Shown: positions 25,369 through 37,697 of the stretch, piece after piece | Position numbering within the stretch: the first letter of the stretch is position 1 | Layout of the letters: each line of letters starts with the position of its first letter | DNA from: Conidiobolus incongruus B7586 | Lineage: Eukaryota | Assembly: GCA_000697335.1 (NCBI GenBank) | Contig: JNEM01013901.1 | Span: forward strand, 1-43,051 | DNA: 43,051 nt | Reading direction: 5' to 3' | The notes under the pieces: generated by a model | What the model was told of the DNA's origin: nothing | Databases searched by the model: none | Seen by the model: the letters and a program-made list of their open reading frames with translations, nothing else | Made by a program: the position numbers and the translations under genes

Positions 25369-27765
25369 ATGGATACCGATTATTTAAATCCGGATTTCGA
25401 TCCTTCCAAGCTAACAGTAAATCAATTGAGACAAATTCTTACTCATCATGATTTATTTCCAGATTCCAAAGTGAAAAAGGCTGAACTAATTCAAATTTTT
25501 AATGATAATATCAAGGCTAGAGCTGATGAACTTAAAGCTAATAAGGATAATGTCAAAGCGGATGGTACTTCTATCCAAGATGCTAAAGATAATGATAGAA
25601 CTATGAGATTAACTTCAAGATCAAGCTCCAGAAGGGTAAAAATCATTTTTATAATACTACTAATATTTACTTATCTAATATTTTATATAGTCCTCTGTTA
25701 AAACTAGAAAGCAGACTGAAAGAGAACGTTCATTAGTAAGTTAAAATCTTTTTTTTTCGAATTTTCATAATTTTGATCCATTTTTCAAGACTCCTAGTGG
25801 TTATAGTGATGACGAAGAAGAAAAACCAAAAATCTCTTCTCCTTTGCGCAATACTCGTACTGCCATGTTGGATCCTTCTTCTAACCGTAAAACACCTGTC
25901 GTTGTTAAAAAGGTAACTTATTTTATTTACATTTTTTTACATTTTAACTCAAATTCTGTTTTATAGGATGTTGAAGATATTGACCCTGAAAACCCTTTCC
26001 AATCATACAGAGCTTCTCACTCCAAAGCCTCAGGAAATAAGGTAAATTTATTGATAATCATTATATTATTTTATTACTAATTAAAATTATGTAGAAATCT
26101 ACTCCCACTAAGAGTAGTGGTGCTAAATCTAAGCAAACATCGGCCAAATCTGAAAAAGATAAGAGCATGACAAATGGTAAACAAGCTACTCCCACTAAAT
26201 CAACAAATGAAGAAGCTTCAGCTGATTCTGATGATGAATCCAAATTTCAAATCAATGGAAATGCGTCTACACCAACTAAAAGCACATCTAATCAATCCGA
26301 ACTTGGATCAATTCACAAATCAGCTCAATCAAGTTTTCATGAGAATTCGGTTTCCTCTGTATTTACTTCAGGCTCTAGAAGATCTGCTAGGCTCCAGCAC
26401 TCTTCCTCAAAGAAATCTCAGGCTACTCCAGTGCAACCTGCCAAGGATTCCTCATCATCTAAGAAATCTAAATCTACTCTAACTCCGATTGATGAAAATG
26501 CTCCAAAGATTCCTTCACCTTTGAGAGAGTCTCTGCCAAACCAACCCGAAAATCTTACCTATAATCAAGAAGTTATGACTGAATTCAAACACAGAAAAGA
26601 ATGGGGTGTGGTAAGAAGTATATTATACTATATTTTGGGTTCCTTTTTAGTTGTATATCTGGTTTTTTATCGCTTTGAAAAGGTGAAATTAGGATATACC
26701 AACGAAACTGACCCTGTCCCAGAACAATCACCACTTGATTTCTTACGTCCTGTTCCTATGTCTTGCCCCCCTCACGCCATTTGTGTTGATAGAGAAATCA
26801 AAGGTTGTGAAAAAGGTTACAAATTTAGAGAACATCCTCTCTCCAATAGAATCTGGCCCTTTTTTTCACCTCAATGTATTCCTGACACTACCAAAAATAC
26901 TTACATCAAGACCATTTCTGATGAAATCATCCAGTTGTTGTCCGATCATAGAGGCAAAGTAATCTGCGAAAAATCTCCTACACCTCCTCACATGTCGCTT
27001 GAAGAGGTAGAAAAGTATATCACAGAACACTCAGCAATTAAGTCTAAAACAGATAACCTTCAAGCTTTGTTTGAAGACGCCATATACGATATTGCTCAAA
27101 ATCATCATAAAGAAGTTAATGTTTATACCAAATCCAACGAACTCCTCAAATTCTCCAAAGATGAATTCGATATCTCCCAGATTGACCATCTATCATCACT
27201 CAAACCTAATTATACATTAGGTTGCTATATTGTAATTTCTCTTAGCAACTTGTTTTATAACAACTTATCTAAGATCATCAACACTCTCGCTCTTGCCGTT
27301 TTTGGAGTATTAGTACACTTTTGGAGACAAAACTACTTGAGAGAAAAGGCCAAGGTCAAGGTTTTAACTCAAGAAGCTTTGAATCTTTTGATCTCTGCCA
27401 GCCAATCCCAAACACCTCCTAGACCCGGTTTCAGTAACCCCGCTTCCATCCCCATTTATCAGTTGAGAGATATATTAATGGCTGAAGAATATCCCAACGT
27501 TCGTTTGCGTCAAAAGCTTTGGAAGCAAGTCATTCACCAAGTAGAAAAGAACTCCAATGTTCGTGTTAGATCCATTCAAATCAAAGGTGAGCCCCAAGAA
27601 GTTTGGGAATGGATTGGTATTGCTCCCACTGCCAGCTCCAATCCTGGGTTCTTCTTTCACGAGTCACCATCTAGATCTGCCGCTAATGTCTCCCAATCTC
27701 CTGTTACCGATCCTGCTGAAGTTACAGAACAAAGTCTATATCCGAACTTGGACAACTTGCTCTAA
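25369..27765 (+). CDS. SRC1: Inner nuclear membrane protein Src1/Heh1-MAN1 family (HeH/LEM + MSC domain). Exons 25369-25635, 25691-25735, 25790-25912, 25967-26041, 26095-27765
   Basis: N-terminal DYLNPDFDPSKLTVNQLRQIL...KKAELIQIF (HeH), two TM segments, CPPHAIC luminal motif, C-terminal LWKQVIHQVEKNSNVR...GEPQEVWEWIG. Four phase-0 GT-AG introns. Confidence 0.92.
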
Positions 27766-28908
27766 AGTGCCATTCTAATATTGATAATCATAATATTTAA
27801 AACCCTAAAAATAGCAAATAATATTACGATTCAAATGTAATTAAATTAAACCAAGATAGATTTCCAAGCTTTTTATCAATTAAAATTTTTCATTTGAACA
27901 TAATATTTCTATTTTATATTTATTTATAAAATAAATAAAAATTCTTCAATCATTTAACATAAGCCTATATAAAGCTGAAAATTATTAGTTTTGATTAATC
28001 ACAGAAAATCATAAATTTGACTTAATCTTCAAATATAATTTGATTAAATTCAATTTTTGTAAAAATATTACAGGATATTTGATCAAATTTATATTAGCAT
28101 AAAAATAAACAACTAATAGAATATATTTATTTTAAATTTAATCAATACTTAGAAAATTGTCCAAATTGAAGCTTAAACTGAATTGTTGATGTTATTACTT
28201 TCAATATTGTACTAATCAATAAATGTAATATATCAAAATTTTATTTGAAATTAAATTTATATTAGCACAATATATTCAATCGATAATAATTATATATCAG
28301 GATATATCATTTGTTCAATATCATTCAAAACACCTACCTTTTATATTGAATATTGGGAATTGCAAATAAAATCCTTAATTCATTGAATTTGCACATTTTG
28401 ATTATAAAAGTTTATAAACATTTATAGTGCAGCAGCTAATATAGTATTTTCTTCCTGGTGGCTATATCCATAATATCTTAATTACACCCCTTTTTAGTGT
28501 ATTTAAAATAAAAATATAAAGATACTTTATAGTGTTGTGATGAGTTGATTCGATATAATTACTTAATATTCGCAAATTTTAAAGATTAATAAATGTTAAA
28601 AATGACAGTAAGTATAAATATTGATGTCAAAAATCCAATTTCACTCCCATTGATTAAAGATTAATTTTATTGAAATTTTAGATTATAAAGTATAATTATA
28701 TTATATTTTCTGAATATTTAGAAAATTATTTCAATTCATCAACTAACCAATCAATCAATCAATATTTTTGAAATTTATACATTCTATTTTGAATTAATAG
28801 TTGAACATCTTAAAATGATGAAAATTTGTGTAGTGGCCATCTGACAAGCACTAACGTTGATAATAATTTGTTGCCATGGTAGAGAAAGAATTGACTACTC
28901 TCTTTTTA

Positions 28909-29139
28909 CACTGTCCAAGTTTTCTGCTATATTCTTTTAGGCTCATTTAATATTTAATCTATTCACAAAATATTGGAATTATATTTTTTTCATTTCCAAT
29001 CATTGTTGAAATCCAATATAAATTTATATATAATTTCAAAATATAAGGCACTTGGAATATGCTCTATGAAATCATAATTTTGTACTAGGTTTTCATATTA
29101 AACAGATTAAGTATGATTTAGTCAAAAACTTAGACAGTT
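28909..29139. mobile_element. Candidate MITE (231 bp, TA-flanked, imperfect TIRs)
   Basis: Left end cactgtccaagttttctgcta versus right-end reverse complement aactgtctaagtttttgacta. 28/45 identity over the first 45 nt. TA on both sides (28907-28908, 29140-29141). Confidence 0.45.
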
Positions 29140-30059
29140 TAAAAAGTGCTGATTCTTTAATAATTAAAATTATAAATGATATAGCTGTCGAGTCCTCATG
29201 GATAATGTTTTGCTGCTATTTAACCTAGAGTTTTTATTAACAAATTCGATAAATTGACATTGTTGATGTAATGCGGACTGATTTTAACAATAAACTTTGT
29301 AAGTATTATTTTGAGGTACAACGCAAAATTTCCAAATAATTTTCATTTTAATGGTTATTATTATTGTATGTAAGTATGTAAAATTGAGGCTTTAGTAAAA
29401 CAACGTTTATATAATGATGCGAGGGATGGAACGATTGTATAAACAATTACGAAAAAGATTTAGAAATGTAATGATTAAGTTAAAGAAATAGAGTTAGATA
29501 TAGATAGATAAGAATCATCCTGAGTATAATTAGTTCGGTGAATGGAGGAACAAGTTTGTGACAATTGACTTGAAGTAATTACCTAATTAGGGAAAGAGAG
29601 TAATTAGGTCTCAATACTCACGACAGCTTGAATCCTTCTGAATTTTTTATAATTGGCAACAATAATTATTGACAAAAATATTTATTTTTATTTTAAATTT
29701 ACAAAAAGCTATTTAATGGTTATTTGTTTTTGAAGATGATTGAGGTGTATTTTAATTTTATAATAATGATTAATTATAAATGTTTTTATTGTAATACTTA
29801 GTATTATAAATTGTTTTATAGACTGATATTTTATTAATAATTCATTTATACTTCAAATAATAACACAGTTGTTGAATAAAAATTTCAAATAATTCAAACA
29901 CAACTCCATTTTTTATCAAACATAATCATTGATAAAATCAAATTGTAAAATATATATACATAAATTTAACCAATTATTTAATGGGATTTATCATATGTTT
30001 ACTAGTATTAATAAATTCTAATAACAAATTCTCATCAATATTTATTAATAGAAATCATA

Positions 30060-30832
30060 TTAATAAAAGTCCCTACCAAGTGGCATCACACTTTCTCTAT
30101 GAACATCTCGAATTGATTCTTTTCTCATAATTAAAAATATAAATTTTAATGGATATTATATAATAAAATATACAAAATTTACCATATGCCTTTTCTTCTG
30201 TGTACCCACTATTACAACCTATCACTTTTCGATATATAGCATATCCGAAATATTCTTACATTTTAATAGCTACTGTGTTAGATTGACACACGAATAAGTC
30301 CACAAAGTATCCTTTGTAACAAAATAATTTTTAATAATTAATCAATCATTACAATAATATAGCAAAAATAATTTTACAATTAATTAGAAATAACTAATTG
30401 ATTCATCATCAAATTAACCAAACCCAGACGACAAAATTATGGTGCAAAATTGATAGCTGTAAATATGTCCGTGCCAGTCTGTGTCCTTACCTTCAGTTTT
30501 ACCCAACACTTACATATATAAGTAAAAGATTTTATAATAAGAAGGGATAAATATTTACTATTATCCATAATAATTCTGTCTGGGGGTAATTAAGCATAAA
30601 ACATTGGGCCAAGTTGCCATAAATTGAAAGTTTAAATAATACAAAATAATATATACTAATGCATAATCATTTTAATGGTTGAATAAATTAACTACATTTT
30701 CTATTAGAAGACCCAGATTACTCAATTATTAGTATGTTAAACTATTATAATTTTGAAAAATTAAAGAATTAGGTTACAAACATAGTGATCGATTTGAAAA
30801 GACTCAGCTTAAAATGGTCGAATTATTGACAT
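30060..30832 (-). pseudogene. NAT3: NatB catalytic subunit (NAT3/NAA20) pseudogene, intron-containing
   Basis: Fragments MSIIRPF*, QFMATWP, LGKTEGKDTDWHGHI, TAINFAP*FCRLGL, KGYFVDLFVCQSNTVAIKM*EYFGYAIYRKVIG and MRKESIRD match the NAA20 motif series in order. At least three premature stops plus frameshifts. Confidence 0.88.
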
Positions 30833-30973
30833 TTTTAATATTATCTAATGAATCAATTAATTTTAATACTTGATGAGGTAAAATATTATTATGGTATCCA
30901 ATTTGAAAAATAATAAGAAAAATAGATGAAGGAATAAAATGAATGGATTAAAAAAGTGATATATAATAGTTTA

Positions 30974-31717
30974 CTACTGATCTTTCAACTTTTCCAAACA
31001 ACTAACTTGAGATTCTAATCTATTTAATATATCGTTAAAATAGATGAATAATTCACTAATTGCATTAATCTAAATATAATATTAGTAAATTATACCATTA
31101 ATAATTAAGTATAATAACTTACCGATTGGTTATATCCCTCTAACATCAAATTAACCTTATATCTCACATCAGCAATCTGCCTTAACTGCTCCTTATTCTT
31201 AACCTCCAATTGACTCAATTGATCATGTAAACTCAACAAGTTCTTGAATTCCGAAGTATTGATAAACTGCTCAAATTGTTCCATCTTTGCTAATTGTGTC
31301 AAGAATTGGGATAATTGACTCTCTACACTTTTGAGTTCTGAATATTTGTCGGCAAGTGATAATTTCGTAGTATTTAAACTCTGATCCAAAGTCTTTGTCA
31401 CATTTGTATTGGGATTTAACTTTTCTACTTTGCATACACTTGAATTTAATAATTTATCTAAAAGCATAAAATCAATATTCAGCAATTCAATAATATATAA
31501 GAAACTTACAGTGGTTATTCAACAAACCAATCATAATATTTTCTTTAGCGTTGACGATAGCGTGCCATTTTAATTGTAAATTTTGAAACTTTTTTAAGAG
31601 GTTACTTTCTCCTTGATGACTAGTTTCTGAATTGTTAGCTTGAGTTAATATCTCTAAGTTGATTAAGCGTTCTTCAATATTGAGGTAAAATTCGTTGGCG
31701 TCTTTGGGACTTATCAT
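30974..31717 (-). CDS. Dynactin subunit 3 (p22/p24, RO10-like). Exons 31717-31510, 31457-31123, 31069-30974
   Basis: Joins two track ORFs through GTAAG...TAG introns. All-helical protein with N-terminal IEERLINLE and C-terminal MLEGYNQSINAISELFIYFNDILNRLE, matching the DCTN3 pattern LLEEYN....S..F..W...L..LE. Confidence 0.7.
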
Positions 31718-32266
31718 ATTATAAAATGAATTAATTATTGGTGTGAATTAATGACTGAATATTTGGTTTAGTTGATAAATTTGAGTTTGAATTTTAAGTT
31801 GACTGTTAATTTAACATTTGGTAAAAGTAATTTATTGTATTTGAAATAATTATGGGAAGTTGTAATCATTTTTCCAAACCCAGAATTATCCCATAATAAT
31901 ATTATTTCTTTATAAATTTTATTTTAGATTACCCAATTAGTCAAAATAAAAATAATAATATTAATTGAAAAATGAATAATATTCAACAATTAAATAAAAA
32001 GAACTTTAAATTGGAAAGATCAAAATATTTAGAATTAATTAATCAAGTAATCCTATTTATCTTAATATGAGTATTGTTTTATTAATATTTTAATAGCATT
32101 TAGATACCACTATTATACAAAGTTACCAACTGAACCGAAATCTGGAACAACTCATCTACTTGGGGAATAATTTCAATCAAGCGGGAGACTTTTGGCAGGA
32201 TTTTTTGAATAGTATCAAATAATTTGGTGGATTAAATATGCGTTTAATTTTATTGAATAAATGAGT

Positions 32267-32677
32267 TTATAGTGGTAGTATATTCGTTGTACTTTTGTTT
32301 GATGATGATAATTGATATGGTTGTTTGATAATGTGAGAGGGAAGTTGCGGGAAGGAAGGTTTCGACTGTAAGGAATGATAACTTGCTACGGGCTCAGCTA
32401 TGATAATCGACGACATTTCCAAATTTCCGGCATAATTCGGTGACATGCTAGCAGTCATCGTCGTCGTGGAAGTGTCGGTGGTCGACGACATCATTGACTG
32501 ATTCATCGGATTCAACTTGTACTGTGATGAATCATTATTTGTGAGCATAATTGTCCCCTGTATTGTGTAGTATTGTCTGTAAAATCGGATGCTCAGCCAA
32601 ACTCCCAAAAAAAATATCGTAAACCCAGCGATACAGCTCAAACAAATTATCACTATTTGCAATTGATCAGGACTCAT
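32267..32677 (-). CDS. Hypothetical single-pass membrane protein (136 aa)
   Basis: N-terminal hydrophobic helix (IVIICLSCIAGFTIFFLGVWL) followed by basic residues and a Ser/Thr-rich tail. Raised GC and upstream TATATA. No family recognised. Confidence 0.65.
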   Translation of the reverse strand: MSPDQLQIVIICLSCIAGFTIFFLGVWLSIRFYRQYYTIQGTIMLTNNDSSQYKLNPMNQSMMSSTTDTSTTTMTASMSPNYAGNLEMSSIIIAEPVASYHSLQSKPSFPQLPSHIIKQPYQLSSSNKSTTNILPL

Positions 32678-33036
32678 TAAGCTTTAATAAACTACTGAAT
32701 AATATTATTTATCAATCAAACAGTTAAATACGCTACAAAAACAATATAAATACAATTTGAATCGACTCAAAAAATCTTTATTTCTTTTAAGAATTGACGA
32801 CACGTATTAATATAATGGTAAAGACTGTTTAGTCCTTATATATATTCAGCAGTGTTGATTTGTCAACTCCTTATCATTCTCTTTATTCCGTGTTAAGGGG
32901 TGAATAAAACGTTTTTCAATTTAACTCTATTACCAAAATTTTCAGGAGTTCTAAAATTCATTAATCCTACAATTATTTTTCATTAACTCTATTTAATTTT
33001 ATTATAGATTTTATAGTAAATTTTTTATAAATATGA

Positions 33037-33060
33037 TATATATATATATATATATATATA
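33037..33060. repeat. (TA)n microsatellite
   Basis: About 12 TA units. A similar run lies at about 1967-1987 inside the mariner. Confidence 0.85.
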
Positions 33061-34213
33061 ATAGATAAGCTCGACTATATCGTTATCATTCATTTTCATT
33101 CACTTAAAAAATTAATATAAATTGACAAGGAGCCCCTTAATCCAAATTTAATTAACGTGATAAAAGGAGTCACTTACCAATTAAATATTTACTATGAGTA
33201 ACTCAATTTAATTGAATTTGAATTGTTTGGGATTAGATTTAGTCGTCCAATTATAGATGTCTTTTGATATATTCTATTATCTTTACAGTGTTGGAATCTT
33301 TATTCAATAAAATGAATTAATATTAATAAATAATTATTTATCAATACAATAGCCACATATTATGACATTGTCTTTAATATATCAAACTTGTAAAATTGAT
33401 ATAATATTTTGAATAATAATACAATTAATAAATAAAATTATTAGATACGATTAGATATTATTAAATAATTAAGGTTGAATAAATATAATTAAATTGTTAA
33501 TAATATAGTAATCCCTAATAACTTTGAATAATGATTTAGCCTCGCATTCTTAATTTTAAATTTTAATTTAACTTGTTAATTATAAAAAATAATAAATCCA
33601 GATTTTAATTATGATATTTTTCAGGACAATGTAATTGAAAATTAATTTTTTTATTGAAAGGATATATAACTCAATTGTCTTAATTTGCCATACACTCTAT
33701 CAATTAAAACTAAACAGATTTATTGTCAAATGATTTATGAATTCTACCATCATAACTTTTCTAATTAAAAAAAAGAAATACCAAATTTATTGAATTTCAA
33801 GTCAATTATATTTTAGAATTATTCAACTCTTTTTCAGTTAATATCATGATATTGTTACAATACTTAATAAATAAAAACTTATAAAATAATTTTCTTTAAC
33901 TGTAATATATTATTTGTATTTTGGGTTAATACTTATTATTTTTTTATATTTTGAATCATAGTACTTTATCATTATTTTGAAAACAAAGATTTAGAGAATT
34001 CAATTAAATCCCATAATTATCATAGTAATTATATATTATTATCCCATTCAAAGGTAATTTGAAATTCCAAAAATAACAAATTGAATATTTTAATAATCAA
34101 TATTAAATCTATCAAAAATAAAACTATATTGTATTAAAAATATATAATACTAATTGATTAAAGTGTATCAATATTATTAATTCCATCAAATAAGTGTATA
34201 TATAATAATAAAT

Positions 34214-35008
34214 ATGGAATATTCAAGCGATAACGACTCTCCATTATCCGAATTATCTTCTCCCATTCGCCATAACAACACTAGTCAAACTAATCAAAAT
34301 AATCAGAAGGGTAAACACTTATGCCAATGGGAGGATTGTAAGTTGAGATTTAGTGATATTAAGGACTTAGTACATCATTTGTCAGAAGACCATGTAGGAA
34401 GAAATCATTCTCAATATGCTTGCAGGTGGCGCGACTGTCCACGATATGATCAGGTTCAGAACAGCAGATTCAGCCTTACAATTCATTTAAGGTCGCACAC
34501 TGGGGAAAGGCCATACAACTGCTCGTTTCCAGGTTGCAATAAGGATTTCTCCAGGAGCGATGCTCTGTCCAAGCATATGCAATCCTATCATCCCGACTAC
34601 GTATACATCAGGCCGAACGGCATGCCATCCAACTACCCTGCCAATCCCCCCAAGCCCAGCATTCGCAAGATGAATGAGAGCCAGCAGTCCTCCAGTACAA
34701 ATCTCGACAATATGATCAAAGATATACTGGACGATCGTGACTCCGACGCTCGCAGTCAAAGATCGCGCGAATCCTCACCCGGTCATGATCTCTCCTTTCA
34801 CGACTTGCCACCCACACTCAAACGTAATTACTCTCATTTGACAGATAAGCAAAAATACATCATGACTTCAAAACAATACAAGTATTTGCAAAGATTAAGG
34901 CAAAATCAGGAAGAAGAGTATCAGCATATCAAATACCAGATCAAATTATTAAAATTTGAGAATATGCTTCTATTAGAGACTATTAATAACGAATCATCCA
35001 ATCATTAA
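34214..35008 (+). CDS. GLI/Zic-type C2H2 zinc-finger protein, probably INO80 subunit Iec1-like
   Basis: Three fingers (CQWEDC, CRWRDC...QNSRFSLTIHLRSHTGERP, CSFPGCNKDFSRSDALSKHM) plus a C-terminal coiled coil. The Iec1 assignment comes from recalled architecture. Confidence 0.85.
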   Translation: MEYSSDNDSPLSELSSPIRHNNTSQTNQNNQKGKHLCQWEDCKLRFSDIKDLVHHLSEDHVGRNHSQYACRWRDCPRYDQVQNSRFSLTIHLRSHTGERPYNCSFPGCNKDFSRSDALSKHMQSYHPDYVYIRPNGMPSNYPANPPKPSIRKMNESQQSSSTNLDNMIKDILDDRDSDARSQRSRESSPGHDLSFHDLPPTLKRNYSHLTDKQKYIMTSKQYKYLQRLRQNQEEEYQHIKYQIKLLKFENMLLLETINNESSNH

Positions 35009-35558
35009 ATTTAATAAATCAGTTGTTTGCAATAATTTTGTTGATATTAAATTATATCATCACTTCATTTATTATACTTATCATTAATTATTCTTCACGA
35101 TAATTTCACTATAACATATATATATTAATTTTTTTATTTTTTTAAATATTCTACAAATCACTATTATTTAATTCAAATTATCTTTTATTAATTTCAAAAT
35201 TATTAAATATTGTTTTAAAAAAATTTATTAATATAGGAAAATACATATTTTTTATGATAAATATATTAAATTTATGGATATTATGAATCTAGTAAATTAT
35301 CTTGATTTTAACATTATTTTTTGTATATTTTATATAACTTAGACTATTATTAATTTGAAATTTAAGGTTAAATTGAATTATTCTTGAATTAGATAGTGAT
35401 TATCAAAAGTCTTTTATTTCAATATCACTAAAATTTAACTATAAACCCTCTAAAATCTTTTAAAATTTACAAACAGCTTATAAAGATAATGTTTTATTTA
35501 AATTTACCATTTATGACTAGATCAAGTATTTTAAAATTAAAAAGGATATTATTTATAA

Positions 35559-35861
35559 TTAATTTAAATTAAAGAGACTAATATTGAGGCCAAATAAATA
35601 TGAGTTGACTGTAGGCTCAGGCAGCCATGCAAAATATTTGCCAAATATGTTTATAATATGAAAAGTCATAAACACCACTAAAATTTTATAACTAAGTCTG
35701 AACTTATTCTCCAAAGTGAATCCTAGACCCTTACACAAGAGGCCCAATAAAAACAGGACACCATATAGCATTAGATAGAATCTAATTGGGAGCAAAGGGA
35801 GAATAATGTCATTTTCTTTAATTTTACTAGATGTGGATTTGCTAAACAGCCAATTCCACAT
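35559..35861 (-). CDS. Possible small membrane protein (100 aa) or repeat-derived fragment
   Basis: ATG-initiated ORF in a GC-raised island with two hydrophobic stretches. No CpG seen. No family recognised. Confidence 0.4.
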   Translation of the reverse strand: MWNWLFSKSTSSKIKENDIILPLLPIRFYLMLYGVLFLLGLLCKGLGFTLENKFRLSYKILVVFMTFHIINIFGKYFAWLPEPTVNSYLFGLNISLFNLN

Positions 35862-36184
35862 TATAATTGTTTTTTCTTTAATAACTTAATAAAAGCTTAT
35901 GTTATTCTACTTGATTATAATTAATATGGTTTATTCATATAGAAACAGATATTTTGCTTAAAGTATAATTTTTAAGTGAATTGGATATTTATAATTAGTC
36001 AGATAATATAAAATTATTAATAAAACTGTTATAAATTTAGGGGGGTTGCTAGTAAGAAATACTGTCTTCAAATCAATTAGTAATATATACCTTGATTTGG
36101 ATGGTCTATTTCTTAAAAAAAAATAAATATGCATTAGATTACTAATTAATAATAATGGGTAAATAGATTAATAGGGAAAGTATA

Positions 36185-36760
36185 TTATAATAACTAATTT
36201 ATATTAATATTCTTTTATTAATTAATAAAATAAGAAAATATATTGAAAAACACCTTTTAATTTTATTTAGAGAATTATCTATATAGTTTAATATTAATTA
36301 TATTAATATTTATATAAATTAAAGTTTAAATTAATTAATAAAAAGTTTTATTTTTTTAAATATAATGATTTTTAGTTAATATTCATTATATAAATTAAGA
36401 ATATCTATTATTTTGTATAATAATTATAAAATACATAAGTTAAACTTATAAAATATTTTCTATATAAAAAATTAGAAAGAATTACCATATTTAATATATT
36501 TACCTGATTATAACTTATATAATTATAATTGATTTAAATAATTAAAAAATATATTTAAAGGAACAAAATATTCCTACAAAATAAATTAAATTGGTTTATA
36601 AAATATTATATTTTAATATTTAATAAAAAGAGTTTTTTTAAGTGTTAAAAGCTTGTTAAAGATAAAAAAAGTTATTAATAATATAAAAGAGTATTAATTT
36701 TATATTATATAATAAATTTTACAAATCATATATTAATATTTTTAAAATTGTGCTATTATT
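36185..36760 (+). mobile_element. Second, truncated and internally deleted mariner copy related to 784-2099
   Basis: LLINKIRKYIEKHLLILFRELS near 36210-36280 matches ORF 1547..1732. IILYNNYKIHK and N*KELPYLIYLPDYNLYNYN at 36405-36530 match the catalytic region. The 3' segment ttaataaaaagagtt...gttattaataat matches the reverse complement of 890-960. Confidence 0.82.
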
Positions 36761-37697
36761 TAATTTTTGTACTAATAATTTCACATTTTTGATAATTGAA
36801 ATAATACAATGTTTCTAAGTCAATTATTAGTCAAATATTAATATAAATAAATAATTTGAAATTTTCAAATATGAATCAGTGATAAATATTATATGAATGA
36901 TTTATCAATTAGACCACTTAAATTATATTTGCTATTTTAATCTTAACAGTCAATTATGAGATTAAATATACTATATAACCATGGTAAATCTATTGCTCTA
37001 TTATATAAATAATATATATATAGTTCCGTCATATTATCTAATTTTTATTAAAAAAATAATAGTGTTATTTTGATTTTAATAAATCGCTCAAAGTTTTTAA
37101 GTTATAAACTATTTAGCGATTAATTGATGGGAGATAGGTTGTAAAAATTTAACTATATTTTAAAAATGTGATCATTAAAATATATCTTTTTAATAATCAT
37201 AATAAATGATATGATCATATGGATATTTATCGTATAGCTTTCAAGTATATTTTTAATTTCTTTAACTATTATCAAAAATTTTAATATAAATTATAAGCTA
37301 AAATCATATAATAAATTTTTTAATAAAATTGAAATATTTTATAAATATTGAATTTTATTATCAATTAATATTTTGAGAGTTCATATATTGCCTATTCAAA
37401 CTCAAGATATGTATTAATGTATGGAAAGTTTTGTGTTATATATTAAAAATATAAATTTACTAAATATATTTGATAAACTTTGATTTTTAATAATAATATT
37501 AGTTAGTTGAAAAAAAAAACGAATAAATTTGAAATAATTAAATGAATATTATCCCATAATATATTTGAATCTAATAAAATTATTATAAATTAAATCTATT
37601 TCAATATTTTGAGTATTAAATTTTTGAAATAATTTATAAAATAAAAAAATTTAATTCAAGAAAATTAACAAATTATTCAAAATTTTTATATAAAAAA

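Noticed and set aside
28815..28930. Box C/D snoRNA (atgatga...ctga and a U38/snR61-like ccaagttttctgct)
   Set aside because: Boxes are too close together, and I could not match a clean rRNA-complementary guide.
29505..29535. U3 snoRNA box A-like sequence on the minus strand (tatactcaggatgattc)
   Set aside because: Box A match is imperfect, and no boxes C', B, C or D follow.
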